NCBI GenBank assembly: GCA_002495185.1
Contig: DAEB01000044.1
Coordinates: 32,383-82,827 of the forward strand
From: Thermoplasmata archaeon UBA184
GTDB taxonomy: Archaea > Thermoplasmatota > Thermoplasmata > Lutacidiplasmatales > UBA184
Direction: 5' to 3'
DNA length: 50,445 nucleotides
Made by a program: the position numbers and the translations under genes. Each line of letters opens with the position of its first letter. Positions within the stretch are counted from its first letter, which is position 1. The notes below the pieces were generated by a model. It had not been told where the DNA came from and ran no database searches. It worked only from the letters and a program-made list of their open reading frames with translations. Shown here piece after piece: positions 1 through 8,745 of the stretch.

Positions 1-31
1 AGCTCCTCGGAAGAACCTTCTCGACGAGCGT

Positions 32-37
32 CTTAAG
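32..37 (+). promoter_or_regulatory. Putative archaeal TATA box (CTTAAG) for the leaderless MTH1187-family gene
   Basis: AT-rich hexamer in GC-rich context 29 nt before ATG 61; the same spacing recurs at other genes in the window. Confidence 0.5.
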
Positions 38-60
38 TCGGCGTCCCCCCTCGTCCCGGC

Positions 61-387
61 ATGGCGGACAGAGTCGGCGGTCGCCCCCGGGTGGTCGGAG
101 ACGTCTCGATCTACCCGATTGGGGCAGGAACGAGCCTCAGCGAATACGTCCGGGCGGCCTCCCGCGCCATGAGGTCCGTCCGGGGGATCCGCCTCGTCCC
201 CGGAGCGATGTCGACGGTGGTGGAAGCGGCGAACTTGCGGACGATCTTCACGGCGGTCGGGCGAGCGCACGATGCTCTCCAGAAGATGGGGGCGAAGCGG
301 ATCGCGATCCAACTTCGCATCGACCACCGGCTGGACAAGCCCGAAACCATCGAGTACAAGGTCGGCCGGATCCGCGGCGCCCCGTAG
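61..387 (+). CDS. MTH1187/YkoF-like thiamine-binding family protein (DUF77)
   Basis: Motifs SIYPIG-GTSLSEYV, GAMSTVVE, AHDAL, RI-IQLRIDHRLDK. Confidence 0.88.
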   Translation: MADRVGGRPRVVGDVSIYPIGAGTSLSEYVRAASRAMRSVRGIRLVPGAMSTVVEAANLRTIFTAVGRAHDALQKMGAKRIAIQLRIDHRLDKPETIEYKVGRIRGAP

Positions 388-424
388 GGCTCGCGAAGGG
401 GTCCTCCCTGCGAGAGGAAGGTCC

Positions 425-1156
425 GTGACCGACGCGCTCTACCTGACCGACGCGTATCGGAGGCGATTCGACGCGAAGGTCACGCAGGTAACGGCCGAGG
501 GCGTTTTCCTCGACCAAACGGCGTTCTACCCGACCGGCGGGGGCCAACCCTCGGACCGAGGGCGACTGACCCTCGCCGAGGGAATCGAGCTCACCGTCAC
601 GGAGGTCCGGAAGACGTCCGAAGGGATACTTCACCAGGTCTCGAACCCAAGCTCCGTCCCCCTCGGGGCAAGCGTGGCCGGTGAGGTCGATTGGGCACGG
701 AGGTATGCCCACATGCGATACCATACCGCGCTGCACCTCCTGAGCGGGGTGGTCTATCGACGCATCGGTAGCGGCATCACCGGAAACCAGATCACCGCGG
801 AAGGAGCCCGGATGGACTTCTCGATCCCGGGGTTCGACCGGGCGACCGCCGAAGCCCTGATCGACGGGGTGAACGAGGTGGTCCGGGAGCATCGTCCGGT
901 CACCGTCCGCTCGATCGCTCGAGCCGAGGCCGAGAAGGACCCCACGCTCGTTCGCGTCGCGCAGGAACTGATGCCGGACGTCGCGGTCGTCCGCCTGATC
1001 GACATCGAAGGGTTCGATGTCCAGGCCGACGGCGGGACTCACGTAGCCAACACCTCGGAAGTCGGTGTCGCGCGGCTCGAGCGCATCGAGAACAAAGGTG
1101 CCCGCAACAAGCGTCTCTACCTGACGCTCGACGCTCCGGGCCCGCGAGGGTCGTGA
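425..1156 (+). CDS. alaX: Alanyl-tRNA editing protein AlaX (AlaX-M type, trans-editing deacylase)
   Basis: T-ALYL-DAY N-terminus (GTG start at 425 re-called), FYPTGGGQPSDRG, HTALH zinc motif, ARMDF, QADGGTHVANT (Asp in place of the Cys of CGGTH), KGARNKRLY. Confidence 0.93.
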   Translation: MTDALYLTDAYRRRFDAKVTQVTAEGVFLDQTAFYPTGGGQPSDRGRLTLAEGIELTVTEVRKTSEGILHQVSNPSSVPLGASVAGEVDWARRYAHMRYHTALHLLSGVVYRRIGSGITGNQITAEGARMDFSIPGFDRATAEALIDGVNEVVREHRPVTVRSIARAEAEKDPTLVRVAQELMPDVAVVRLIDIEGFDVQADGGTHVANTSEVGVARLERIENKGARNKRLYLTLDAPGPRGS

Positions 1157-1198
1157 ACTGTTTCGCGCCGAGCCCCGGCGACGAGCTCTCGGAATCGT

Positions 1199-2170
1199 TC
1201 AGTCATTCGCGGAGCGAAGACGCGCGATCTGGGCCGCCAGCCGGTCGTCGTACCACTGCGGAAAGGTCGCGGACCCGAGCGCGAACGTTCGCCGGACATT
1301 CGCGACCCCGTCGATCGCCAGCGTACGTCGGAGCGCCTGCTCGAGCGCGGCGGGGGCTTCCGCCGGGACCAGCCCTACGACCAGGTGGGCCGCATCCTCC
1401 GGCGGGAGCCCGAATCCGTCCGGCGCGACCGGCATCCAGCTCGGGTGGGCGCCGGCAACCGCCCGTGCCACCACGAGAGGGTCGACTCCCTCTCGCACGG
1501 CGATCGAGAAGAGCGAGAGGGGGAGCTCCTCGCTCGAACTGCTCAGGGCCGACCAGCACGCCCTCGAGTCGAGAAGGCGATGGAACCGGTTCGCCGCGGT
1601 CTTGAGGCTAATGCCGACCGTTTCCGCGAGTTCGCTCAGGGTTGCCCCGGGGTGAGCGCGGAAAGCGTCCAGGAGTCGCCAGTCGAGTCGGGTCAGTTCC
1701 CGGTCGCACGGCGGGATCCAGTAGGGGGACGGGCCCCGAAGTTGGGGGGCGGGGGCCAGCTTGCGCAGCAGCGCTGTCCTTCGAGCGGTGGCGGACGGCG
1801 TATCCGAGACGTAGTAGACCCGGATCGCACGGTCCTTCTCGTCCAGGATATCGCGGGCGAACGTCACTCCATCCACCAGCGCGAGCTCCCGAAGGAGTTG
1901 CTCGGCATCGTGGGGTTCTCGTACCGGGATCTCCGACACGACGAGGGAGACGCCGAACAGTGACGGGTTGATTCCCGTCTCTCGTCCGCGAAGGTATCCC
2001 CGTTCCTCGAGACCTTTGAGGCGAACCCGAACCCCGGCCTCGCTCAAGCCCACCTTCTCCGAGATCTCGCGGGCCGAGACGCGAGGGTCGACGAGCCGGC
2101 GTGCGCCCCAGAAGCGGATCAGCCCGTCGGGGGAAAGAGAGCGATAGATCGCGTAGTCGGTCGCGTCCAC
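1199..2170 (-). CDS. Tandem (double) Lrp/AsnC-type winged-helix transcription regulator
   Basis: Two HTH modules (SAREISEKVGLSEAGVRVRLKGL and LDWRLL...TLSELAETVGISLKTAANRFHRL), each followed by an ACT/RAM-like segment; GTG start at 2170 re-called; paralogue at 38351-39322. Confidence 0.82.
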   Translation of the reverse strand: MDATDYAIYRSLSPDGLIRFWGARRLVDPRVSAREISEKVGLSEAGVRVRLKGLEERGYLRGRETGINPSLFGVSLVVSEIPVREPHDAEQLLRELALVDGVTFARDILDEKDRAIRVYYVSDTPSATARRTALLRKLAPAPQLRGPSPYWIPPCDRELTRLDWRLLDAFRAHPGATLSELAETVGISLKTAANRFHRLLDSRACWSALSSSSEELPLSLFSIAVREGVDPLVVARAVAGAHPSWMPVAPDGFGLPPEDAAHLVVGLVPAEAPAALEQALRRTLAIDGVANVRRTFALGSATFPQWYDDRLAAQIARLRSAND

Positions 2171-2312
2171 GTGCCTTCGTTCGTCCAAACGGTGCGCGTT
2201 CGGAAAAGGCTGCGGGTCTCGCGCGGGGCGCGCCGGGGCCGACTGCCCCTCCGGCCGGCGGACATGGGATGGGGGAATCGATTCGCTCCCTCCGTCCAGT
2301 AGGCGATCCCGC

Positions 2313-2636
2313 TTATGGACGAGCGGCCCACCGCAGGGGGACCGCCGCGAGGGGGACATCGTCCCGGAGAGCCGCCCGTTCCTCCTTCATCAGGACGGGG
2401 GCGGCTGCGACGGTCCATGCGGCGCGGGGCTCGGCTCGACGCGCGCCGCGACCGTGAAGGGCGGCCCGGAGGCGGGCCCACGCCCCGGCTCGGACCTCGG
2501 GGGGTTCCAGATGGGCTTGGACCGCCGCTTCCGCGTACATCGGGCTCGCCACCGGAGGCATGGGTCCCACGTACCCTCCCATGCCACGGAGTTCTGCGAG
2601 TCGGGCGGCCACCAGAGCCGCTTCCGGTCCCATCAT
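2313..2636 (-). CDS. Small hypothetical protein (107 aa)
   Basis: Fills an otherwise non-coding gap, purine-rich GGGAGGGA upstream of the ATG, protein-like composition; no recognisable domain. Confidence 0.5.
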   Translation of the reverse strand: MMGPEAALVAARLAELRGMGGYVGPMPPVASPMYAEAAVQAHLEPPEVRAGAWARLRAALHGRGARRAEPRAAWTVAAAPVLMKEERAALRDDVPLAAVPLRWAARP

Positions 2637-2831
2637 GTTCTTCGTCCCTCCCCGTCTTCTCCATGGAGAGGAGTATCCTCCGGGAAGTCAAGGCTGCCGA
2701 AAGCAAATCCACGAAAAGGGGGTTCCGAGGCGTCCAACCTTCCGCTTTCCGCAGGAGTTCTCGCGGAACCGGAATCGTCGAGAGAGGTCGGGAAAGGGTT
2801 CACCGGACGGCCCGTCGAAACGGGGATCCGG

Positions 2832-3272
2832 TCACTCGGTCAAGGCGCGGTTCGTCTCACTGAGGCGGTGCGCCATCTCCGCGAGCATCCCGCGGAGCAT
2901 CTTCGGTTGGCTCATCGCGTACCCCCAGAACTCCCAGACCGAGAGCACCGCGCACTTGGTCGGCTTGGTCGCGACGACGTCGGCCGTCCGGGCCTCGTTC
3001 TCGAACAGGGCCATCTCCCCGAAGAAGTCCCCCGGTCCGAGGGTGGCCAGCTTCCGCCCGCGGCGCCGCACCTCCACCCCGCCGTCGAGGATCAGGTAGA
3101 ATCCGATGCCCTTCTCGCCCTGCTTGACGACCGTCGTGCCGACCGTGAAGTCCTTCTCGAGAAGTCCCTGCGCGAGCCGATTGATCTGACGCTCCGTGAG
3201 GCTCGAGAAGATCGGAACCTTCTCGAGCATTCGACGAGACTCTGCCTTGGCCTTCGCTCCGAATACCGGCAC
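2832..3272 (-). CDS. Stand-alone cyclic-nucleotide-binding (cNMP/CAP_ED) domain protein
   Basis: LEKVPIFSSL, VVKQGEKG-GFYLILDGGVEV, phosphate-binding cassette GDFFGEMALFENEARTADVVA; no C-terminal HTH; GTG start at 3272 re-called with a TATA-like CTATAT about 28 nt upstream. Confidence 0.9.
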   Translation of the reverse strand: MPVFGAKAKAESRRMLEKVPIFSSLTERQINRLAQGLLEKDFTVGTTVVKQGEKGIGFYLILDGGVEVRRRGRKLATLGPGDFFGEMALFENEARTADVVATKPTKCAVLSVWEFWGYAMSQPKMLRGMLAEMAHRLSETNRALTE

Positions 3273-3471
3273 GGACGGCGCAACCGGGTACCGGGATATA
3301 GACCTGACCGTAAGGTTCCTCGCGGAATCGGAATCCTCGCTCCACCGGATTCGCGCCGAACCGACCCGGTCGGCCATGGCCGGAGAGAATGTGGGAGGCT
3401 CGACGGGATGGCCCCGGCCCAAGTTCACTCCCAAGGCCTAATGTAACCGATTCCGGTTTCGAGCGGCGGAC

Positions 3472-5451
3472 ATGGCCCGGCGTCTGGCCGCCATCGTGTT
3501 CACCGACATCGCCGGATACACTTCCATCGCGCAGGCGGACGAAGCGGCGGCGCTTCGATTACTTCGGGAACAGGAGAAGATCGTCCGGCCGCTGCTCGAG
3601 TCGCATCGAGGCCGGAAGGTCAAGTCGATGGGTGACGGGCTTCTCCTCGAGTTCGAGAACGCCCTCGACGCGGTCGAGTGCGGGGTCGCGCTTCAACGGC
3701 AACTCTACGACCGGAACTCCCGGGAGGGGTCGAAGCCGCTCCAGCTACGTGTCGGCATCCACCTCGGGGACGTCCAACGACAGGGGACGGACATCTTGGG
3801 GGACGCGGTCAATATCGCCTCTCGCATCGAACCGCTCGCCGAGCCGGGGGGCGTGTGCCTCTCCGAGCAGGTCTTCGCCCAGGTGCGCAACAAGGTCCCG
3901 TACACGCTCGAGAACCTGGGCCCGAAGACGCTCAAGGGCGTCCGCGACCCGGTCAACGTCTATCGGGTAATGCTCCCGTGGGCCGTTGAGGGGGCCGCGC
4001 CGAGCCCGTCCACCTATCCTCGGATCGCCGTACTCCCTCTCACCAACATCAGCCCGGACCCCCGGGACGAGTACTTCGCGGACGGCCTGACGGAAGAGTT
4101 GATCTCGATGCTCTCGCAAGTGCGCGGGCTCCGGGTGATCTCCCACACCTCGGTCAACCAGTACAAGGGAACGTCCAAGTCGGTCGCCCAGATCGGCTCG
4201 GAACTCGGGGTCGCCTCGATCCTCGAGGGAAGCGTTCGTAAGGCGGGCGACCAGTTGCGGATCGCGATCCAGCTGATCGATACGCGCACGGATGAGCACC
4301 GCTGGGCGGAGACCTACGACCGGAAGCTCGAGAACGTGTTCGCGATCCAGGCCGACGTCGCCGAGCGGGCGGCGGGGGCCCTGAAGGTCGAACTCCTGCG
4401 GTCCGAGCGCGAAGCGATCGAGGAGAAACCGACCTCGGACATGGAGGCCTACGCATCGTTCCTCCGGGCCATCCAGCTGTCCCACTCGTTCTTTGCCGGG
4501 ACGACCGAGGATACGAGGAAGGTAGACCTGAAAGCCGAAGGGGAGTACGAGGACGCCCTCCGAAGGGACCCCAATTTCTCCGCGGCGATGTCGGGTCTCG
4601 CGACGCACCTGATCGCGGTGGCCGGGATCACGCGACCCCCGAAACCGCTCTTCGCTCGCGCTCGCGAGCTCGTGACGAAGGCGCTCGAGCTCAACCCGAA
4701 CTCGTCGGACGCACACACGGCGAAAGCGAATCTTGCGATGCAGTCCGACCGTGACTGGGCCCGCGCCGAGGCCGAGTTCCAGCAGGCGATCGTTCTCAAT
4801 CCGAGCAGTTCCGGGGCCCGCCTGTGGTACGGGTACCTCCTCGACGTGCTCCAGCGATTCCCCGAAGCGAAGAAGCAGACCCTCGCAGCGATCGACCTGG
4901 ACCCCCTGTGGCCCCTCGCCCGATTCCAGTTCATTGCGCATCTCGACCATGGGGGCGAATTCGACGCCGCGGTCGAGCTCCGGAAGAAGATCTACGAACG
5001 CGAACCCGACAACGTGGTGCTTCGCTGGGGGCTCGGATTCTCGTATGCCCGCGCCGGCCGGCCGCAGGAGGCGCTCGAGCTACTCGAGTCCCCCGCGGAC
5101 GTTTCGGACCTCGGCGCCCGAACGGTTCACGCGATGGCCATGCTGGTGCTCGGTCGACCCGAGGAGTTTCGCAAGCTCGCGACCGACCTGGAACAGGGGA
5201 GGCTCCCGGGCTACTTCTCCGACCCGGTGATTGCCGGCGGCTACGCCGCCCTGGGCGAGCGAGAGCGGGCGTTCCATTTCCTCGAGCGCGACAGCACGGA
5301 AGGGGACCGGATCCTCTGGGCGAACTACCAGGAGCTCGTGTTCGACTCGATCCGTGACGACCCCCGGTTCGTGGCGCTGATCCGCGCGATGGGCCTTCCG
5401 ACGACGCTGGGTCGGCCTCTCGTGAAGCTTCCGTCCGCCTCCGGCCGCTGA
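3472..5451 (+). CDS. Class III adenylate/guanylate cyclase with TolB-like domain and TPR repeats (paralogue 1)
   Basis: RRLAAIVFTDIAGYT, KSMGDG, RVGIHLGDV, DILGDAVNIASRIE; IAVLPLTNISPDPRDEYFADGLTEELI...ILEGSVRKAGDQLRIAIQLID; C-terminal TPR-like helices ending FDSIRDDPRF. Confidence 0.95.
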   Translation: MARRLAAIVFTDIAGYTSIAQADEAAALRLLREQEKIVRPLLESHRGRKVKSMGDGLLLEFENALDAVECGVALQRQLYDRNSREGSKPLQLRVGIHLGDVQRQGTDILGDAVNIASRIEPLAEPGGVCLSEQVFAQVRNKVPYTLENLGPKTLKGVRDPVNVYRVMLPWAVEGAAPSPSTYPRIAVLPLTNISPDPRDEYFADGLTEELISMLSQVRGLRVISHTSVNQYKGTSKSVAQIGSELGVASILEGSVRKAGDQLRIAIQLIDTRTDEHRWAETYDRKLENVFAIQADVAERAAGALKVELLRSEREAIEEKPTSDMEAYASFLRAIQLSHSFFAGTTEDTRKVDLKAEGEYEDALRRDPNFSAAMSGLATHLIAVAGITRPPKPLFARARELVTKALELNPNSSDAHTAKANLAMQSDRDWARAEAEFQQAIVLNPSSSGARLWYGYLLDVLQRFPEAKKQTLAAIDLDPLWPLARFQFIAHLDHGGEFDAAVELRKKIYEREPDNVVLRWGLGFSYARAGRPQEALELLESPADVSDLGARTVHAMAMLVLGRPEEFRKLATDLEQGRLPGYFSDPVIAGGYAALGERERAFHFLERDSTEGDRILWANYQELVFDSIRDDPRFVALIRAMGLPTTLGRPLVKLPSASGR

Positions 5452-5482
5452 ACGCGGTCGGGAGCGCCGTGACGTCACTCTC

Positions 5483-6298
5483 ATGAGCGGAGCGCGGCTC
5501 CCGGCCCGCATGACCTCCCGCGAAAGGATGCCGGTCCTATTCGTCGGGCATGGGAATCCGATGAACGCGATCCTCGACAACCGGTGGAGTCGAGGGTTCA
5601 AGGCGCTGGGTCGCACGGTTCCCCGTCCGAAAGCGATCGTATGTGTCTCGGCTCACTGGTACATCCCCGGGACATTCCTCACGGGGAATCACGACCCGCA
5701 GACGATTCACGACTTCGGCGGCTTTCCCGAACAGCTCTACGAGGTGGTGTATCCCGCGCCGGGCGACCCGGGCCTGGCCGCTCGAGTGAGCGGCATGCTG
5801 TCACCGTGGAAGGCAAGCCCGCGTTCGGACTGGGGACTCGACCACGGAACCTGGTCGGTCCTCCGAAACATGTGGCCCGAGGCCGACATCCCGGTGGTCC
5901 AGCTCAGCATCGACGGGTTCGCGGCTCCCGAGGTGCACCTCAAGATCGGGAAGGCGCTCGCACCGCTCCGCTCGGAAGGCGTCCTCGTGCTCGGGAGCGG
6001 GAACCTCGTCCACAACCTCCGCTCCGCGCTCCAGCAGATGCGCGTGCGCAAGCCCGAGCTCGAGCCGTGGGCGGAGGAGTTCGACGAGCGGGTTTCGAGT
6101 GCGCTCGAGGCCAAAGACCAGGGGAAGCTGACCCATGCGTGCGACGACCGGCTCGGGCATGTCGCCCACCCCACCGTCGACCACTATCTCCCGATCCTCT
6201 ATGCGGCCGGAGCCGCCGGACGGAGCTCCGATGTGTCGTTCCCGCTCGAAGGGTTTGACCTTGGGTCGATCTCGATGCGAGCCGTTCTCTTCCAATAA
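5483..6298 (+). CDS. ygiD: 4,5-DOPA extradiol dioxygenase (YgiD/LigB-family class III extradiol dioxygenase)
   Basis: RMPVLFVGHGNPMNAI, SAHW, TIHDFGGFP, WGLDHGTWSVL, DIPVVQLSID, GSGNLVHNL, AHPTVDHYLP; start could be 5483, 5510 or 5528. Confidence 0.92.
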   Translation: MSGARLPARMTSRERMPVLFVGHGNPMNAILDNRWSRGFKALGRTVPRPKAIVCVSAHWYIPGTFLTGNHDPQTIHDFGGFPEQLYEVVYPAPGDPGLAARVSGMLSPWKASPRSDWGLDHGTWSVLRNMWPEADIPVVQLSIDGFAAPEVHLKIGKALAPLRSEGVLVLGSGNLVHNLRSALQQMRVRKPELEPWAEEFDERVSSALEAKDQGKLTHACDDRLGHVAHPTVDHYLPILYAAGAAGRSSDVSFPLEGFDLGSISMRAVLFQ

Positions 6299-6391
6299 GG
6301 CACCGGCCGCTCGGAGCGAAGGGCCACGCGCGCTCCCCCTTCTCCGCGGGTCAGAACTCTAATCTAAGCAGACGCCCGTGCACCGCCTCAC

Positions 6392-8428
6392 ATGCCGCGG
6401 CGACTCGCCGCCATCATGTTTACCGACCTCGTCGGATACACGGCCTCGGCGCAATCGAACGAAGAGGAGGCGCTCGCGCGGGTGAACGAGCAGGCCGCGC
6501 TCGTCCGGCCCCTCTTCGCGTCGTTCGGGGGCCGGGAGATCAAGTCGACGGGGGACGGGTTCTTGGTCGAGTTCGAGAGCGCGCTCAAAGCCACGCAATG
6601 CGGCCTTCAGATCCAGCAGCGGATGCGAGAGCGGAACGCCCGGTCTCCGGCCGCTCCGATTCGCCTCAGAATCGGGATTCACGTCGGGGACGTCGAAGAG
6701 GCGGACGGGGACATCCTCGGCGATGCGGTCAATGTGGCCGCCCGCATCGTACCGGTGAGCGAGCCCGGGGGCATCTGCCTCTCGGAACAGATTGTCGGTC
6801 ACGTCCGGGACAAACTCCCCTTCCAACTCGAGCGACTCGCCCCGCGACGCCTGAAAGGCGTTCGAGAACCGCTGGTCCTCTACCGAGTCCTGCTGCCGGG
6901 GACGGAACACGATTCCGCCATCGAGCGGCCCGCTCTTCCCCGGCTCGCGGTGCTTCCCTTCTCCAACATCAGCCCGGACCCGAAGGACGAGTACTTCGCC
7001 GACGGGCTCACGGAGGAGCTGATTTCGGTTCTCTCCCGGATCCGTGGGCTCCGGGTGATCGCCCGAACGTCGGTCGCCCAGTACAAGGGGGCGACGAAGC
7101 CCATCGCGCAGATCGGAGCCGAGCTCGGAGTGACCGCGGTTCTCGAAGGAAGCGTCCGGAAGGCGGGAGACCAGTTGCGCATCACCGTCCAACTGATCGA
7201 CGTTCGCACCGAGGAGCATCGCTGGGCCGAGAACTATGACCGCAAGCTCGCGAATGTCTTTGCTATCCAGGCGGAGGTCGCCGAGCAGACCGCGGGCGCG
7301 CTGAAGCTCGAGATGCTCGGGTCCGACCGGAACGCCGTGCGAGGTCGGCCGACGTCAAATCTGGTGGCGTATGACCTCTACCTCCGGGGGGTGCAGGCCT
7401 CTCGCAGGTTCACTCCCGGAGTGGGCCAGCGGATGGAGGTCGGAGGAGACGCCGTCAGTTATCTCGAAGAGGCGATTCGGAACGACCCCCAGTTCTCCGC
7501 GGCTCACTCGTCTCTTGCAAACCATCTTCTCGCGATCGGTGGCGTGACCCGGGAGGGTCAAGAGTCGTTCTTGAGGGCGCGACAGCACGTGGACCGCGCG
7601 CTCCAGATCGACCCGAGAAGCTCAGACGCCCACACCGCGCGAGGGAATCTTCTGATGCAGGCGGATTTTGATTGGGCGGGCGCCGAGGCCGAGCTTCGGG
7701 AGGCGCTCGACCTCAATCCGAACAACTCCACGGCGCACTTCTGGTACCGGTCCCTGCTCACGGTCCTGCAGCGATACTCGGAGGCACGGGACCAGATGGA
7801 CGCCGGGTTCGAGCTGGACCCGCTCTGGTTTCTCGCGAAGCGGCAGGGCGTCACTCTCCTCGCCCTGAGCGGCGATTGGGACCAGGCCGTTCGGCTGGCG
7901 GAGGGCTTGGTCGAGAGCGCGCGCGGAGACCCTCGGAGCGAGCTCGAATCGCTCCACCAGCTGGCCTGGGTCTACGCCTACGTGGGTCGCCCGTTGGACG
8001 CGGAGCGCGTGGACCGGCAGATGGACCGTCCCCCGGACCCGGATTCGCGTCTCGCGCACGCCGTCTTCCTCGCCTGGTTAGGAAAGCGTCGCGGCATCAC
8101 GGCCTGCTTGAGAGACTGGGAACGCAGCTCGAAGGTCGAGTACCGGTCCCCCATGCAGGTCGTGCTCGCGTACGCCCAGCTGGGCCAGGTGGACGAGGCT
8201 CTCTCCCGCCTCGAACAGGATGTGCGCGAGGGAGAGTCCTATCTGTGGGCTCACTACCAGCTGCCCTACTTTGACCCGATCCGGGACCACCCGCGGTTCG
8301 CCGCGGTGCTCGAGCGCTTCCATCTCCCCACGGCGCAGAGTTGGCGTCGGACCGCAATGAAGTCGGGACCCAGTACCCACGGCAAAGGCTCGGCGGCCGC
8401 CGGTTCTCGCAAACCAATCCGTTTATAG
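6392..8428 (+). CDS. Class III adenylate/guanylate cyclase with TolB-like domain and TPR repeats (paralogue 2)
   Basis: RRLAAIMFTDLVGYT, KSTGDG, RIGIHVGDV, DILGDAVNVAARI; LAVLPFSNISPDPKDEYFADGLTEELI; TPR region ending FDPIRDHPRF. Confidence 0.95.
   Translation: MPRRLAAIMFTDLVGYTASAQSNEEEALARVNEQAALVRPLFASFGGREIKSTGDGFLVEFESALKATQCGLQIQQRMRERNARSPAAPIRLRIGIHVGDVEEADGDILGDAVNVAARIVPVSEPGGICLSEQIVGHVRDKLPFQLERLAPRRLKGVREPLVLYRVLLPGTEHDSAIERPALPRLAVLPFSNISPDPKDEYFADGLTEELISVLSRIRGLRVIARTSVAQYKGATKPIAQIGAELGVTAVLEGSVRKAGDQLRITVQLIDVRTEEHRWAENYDRKLANVFAIQAEVAEQTAGALKLEMLGSDRNAVRGRPTSNLVAYDLYLRGVQASRRFTPGVGQRMEVGGDAVSYLEEAIRNDPQFSAAHSSLANHLLAIGGVTREGQESFLRARQHVDRALQIDPRSSDAHTARGNLLMQADFDWAGAEAELREALDLNPNNSTAHFWYRSLLTVLQRYSEARDQMDAGFELDPLWFLAKRQGVTLLALSGDWDQAVRLAEGLVESARGDPRSELESLHQLAWVYAYVGRPLDAERVDRQMDRPPDPDSRLAHAVFLAWLGKRRGITACLRDWERSSKVEYRSPMQVVLAYAQLGQVDEALSRLEQDVREGESYLWAHYQLPYFDPIRDHPRFAAVLERFHLPTAQSWRRTAMKSGPSTHGKGSAAAGSRKPIRL
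8422..8428 (+). promoter_or_regulatory. Putative TATA box (TTTATAG) for the borosin precursor, overlapping the cyclase stop codon
   Basis: TTTATA begins 29 nt before ATG 8451; no Shine-Dalgarno between it and the ATG. Confidence 0.55.
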
Positions 8429-8450
8429 CCGGAGCGCCTCCGGCCTTCCG

Positions 8451-8693
8451 ATGAAGGAGGGTTCGAAGCTCCAAGCGTTCCTCCTTGCCCTACAGACTTC
8501 CCGCAGCGTTCAGGACCGATACGCGGAGAATCCGGAAGCCGAGATGAGGCGGTTCGACCTCTCTCGAAGCACCATCGCGGCAGTCCGCCGAGGGGACCGG
8601 GCCAAGCTCTGGTGGATTCTGACCCGGGGCAGCAAGGTCCGCACCCAAGTCGGGCACGTGATCTGGGTCGCGAAGAAGCGCTCCAAGCGATAG
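8451..8693 (+). CDS. Split-borosin RiPP precursor: N-terminal borosin-binding (LigA-like) helical domain plus C-terminal core peptide
   Basis: SKLQAFLLALQTS-RSVQDRYAENPEAEMRRFDLSRSTIAAVRRGDRAKL follows the SonA-type pattern (L..F...L..D......Y..NPEA.M....L....I.AV..GD..KL); followed by hydrophobic VGHVIWV; immediately upstream of a borosin methyltransferase. Confidence 0.88.
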   Translation: MKEGSKLQAFLLALQTSRSVQDRYAENPEAEMRRFDLSRSTIAAVRRGDRAKLWWILTRGSKVRTQVGHVIWVAKKRSKR

Positions 8694-8745
8694 GTACTTC
8701 GGTCGGGCGGAAGGCTCCGACGGCTCCCGGCTCCGAGGACTTGCG

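Noticed and set aside
5483-8693. 80-aa LigA-like protein as the small subunit of the nearby LigB-family dioxygenase
   Set aside because: The dioxygenase is YgiD-type (single-subunit) and 2 kb away; the small protein adjoins a borosin methyltransferase and has a core-like tail
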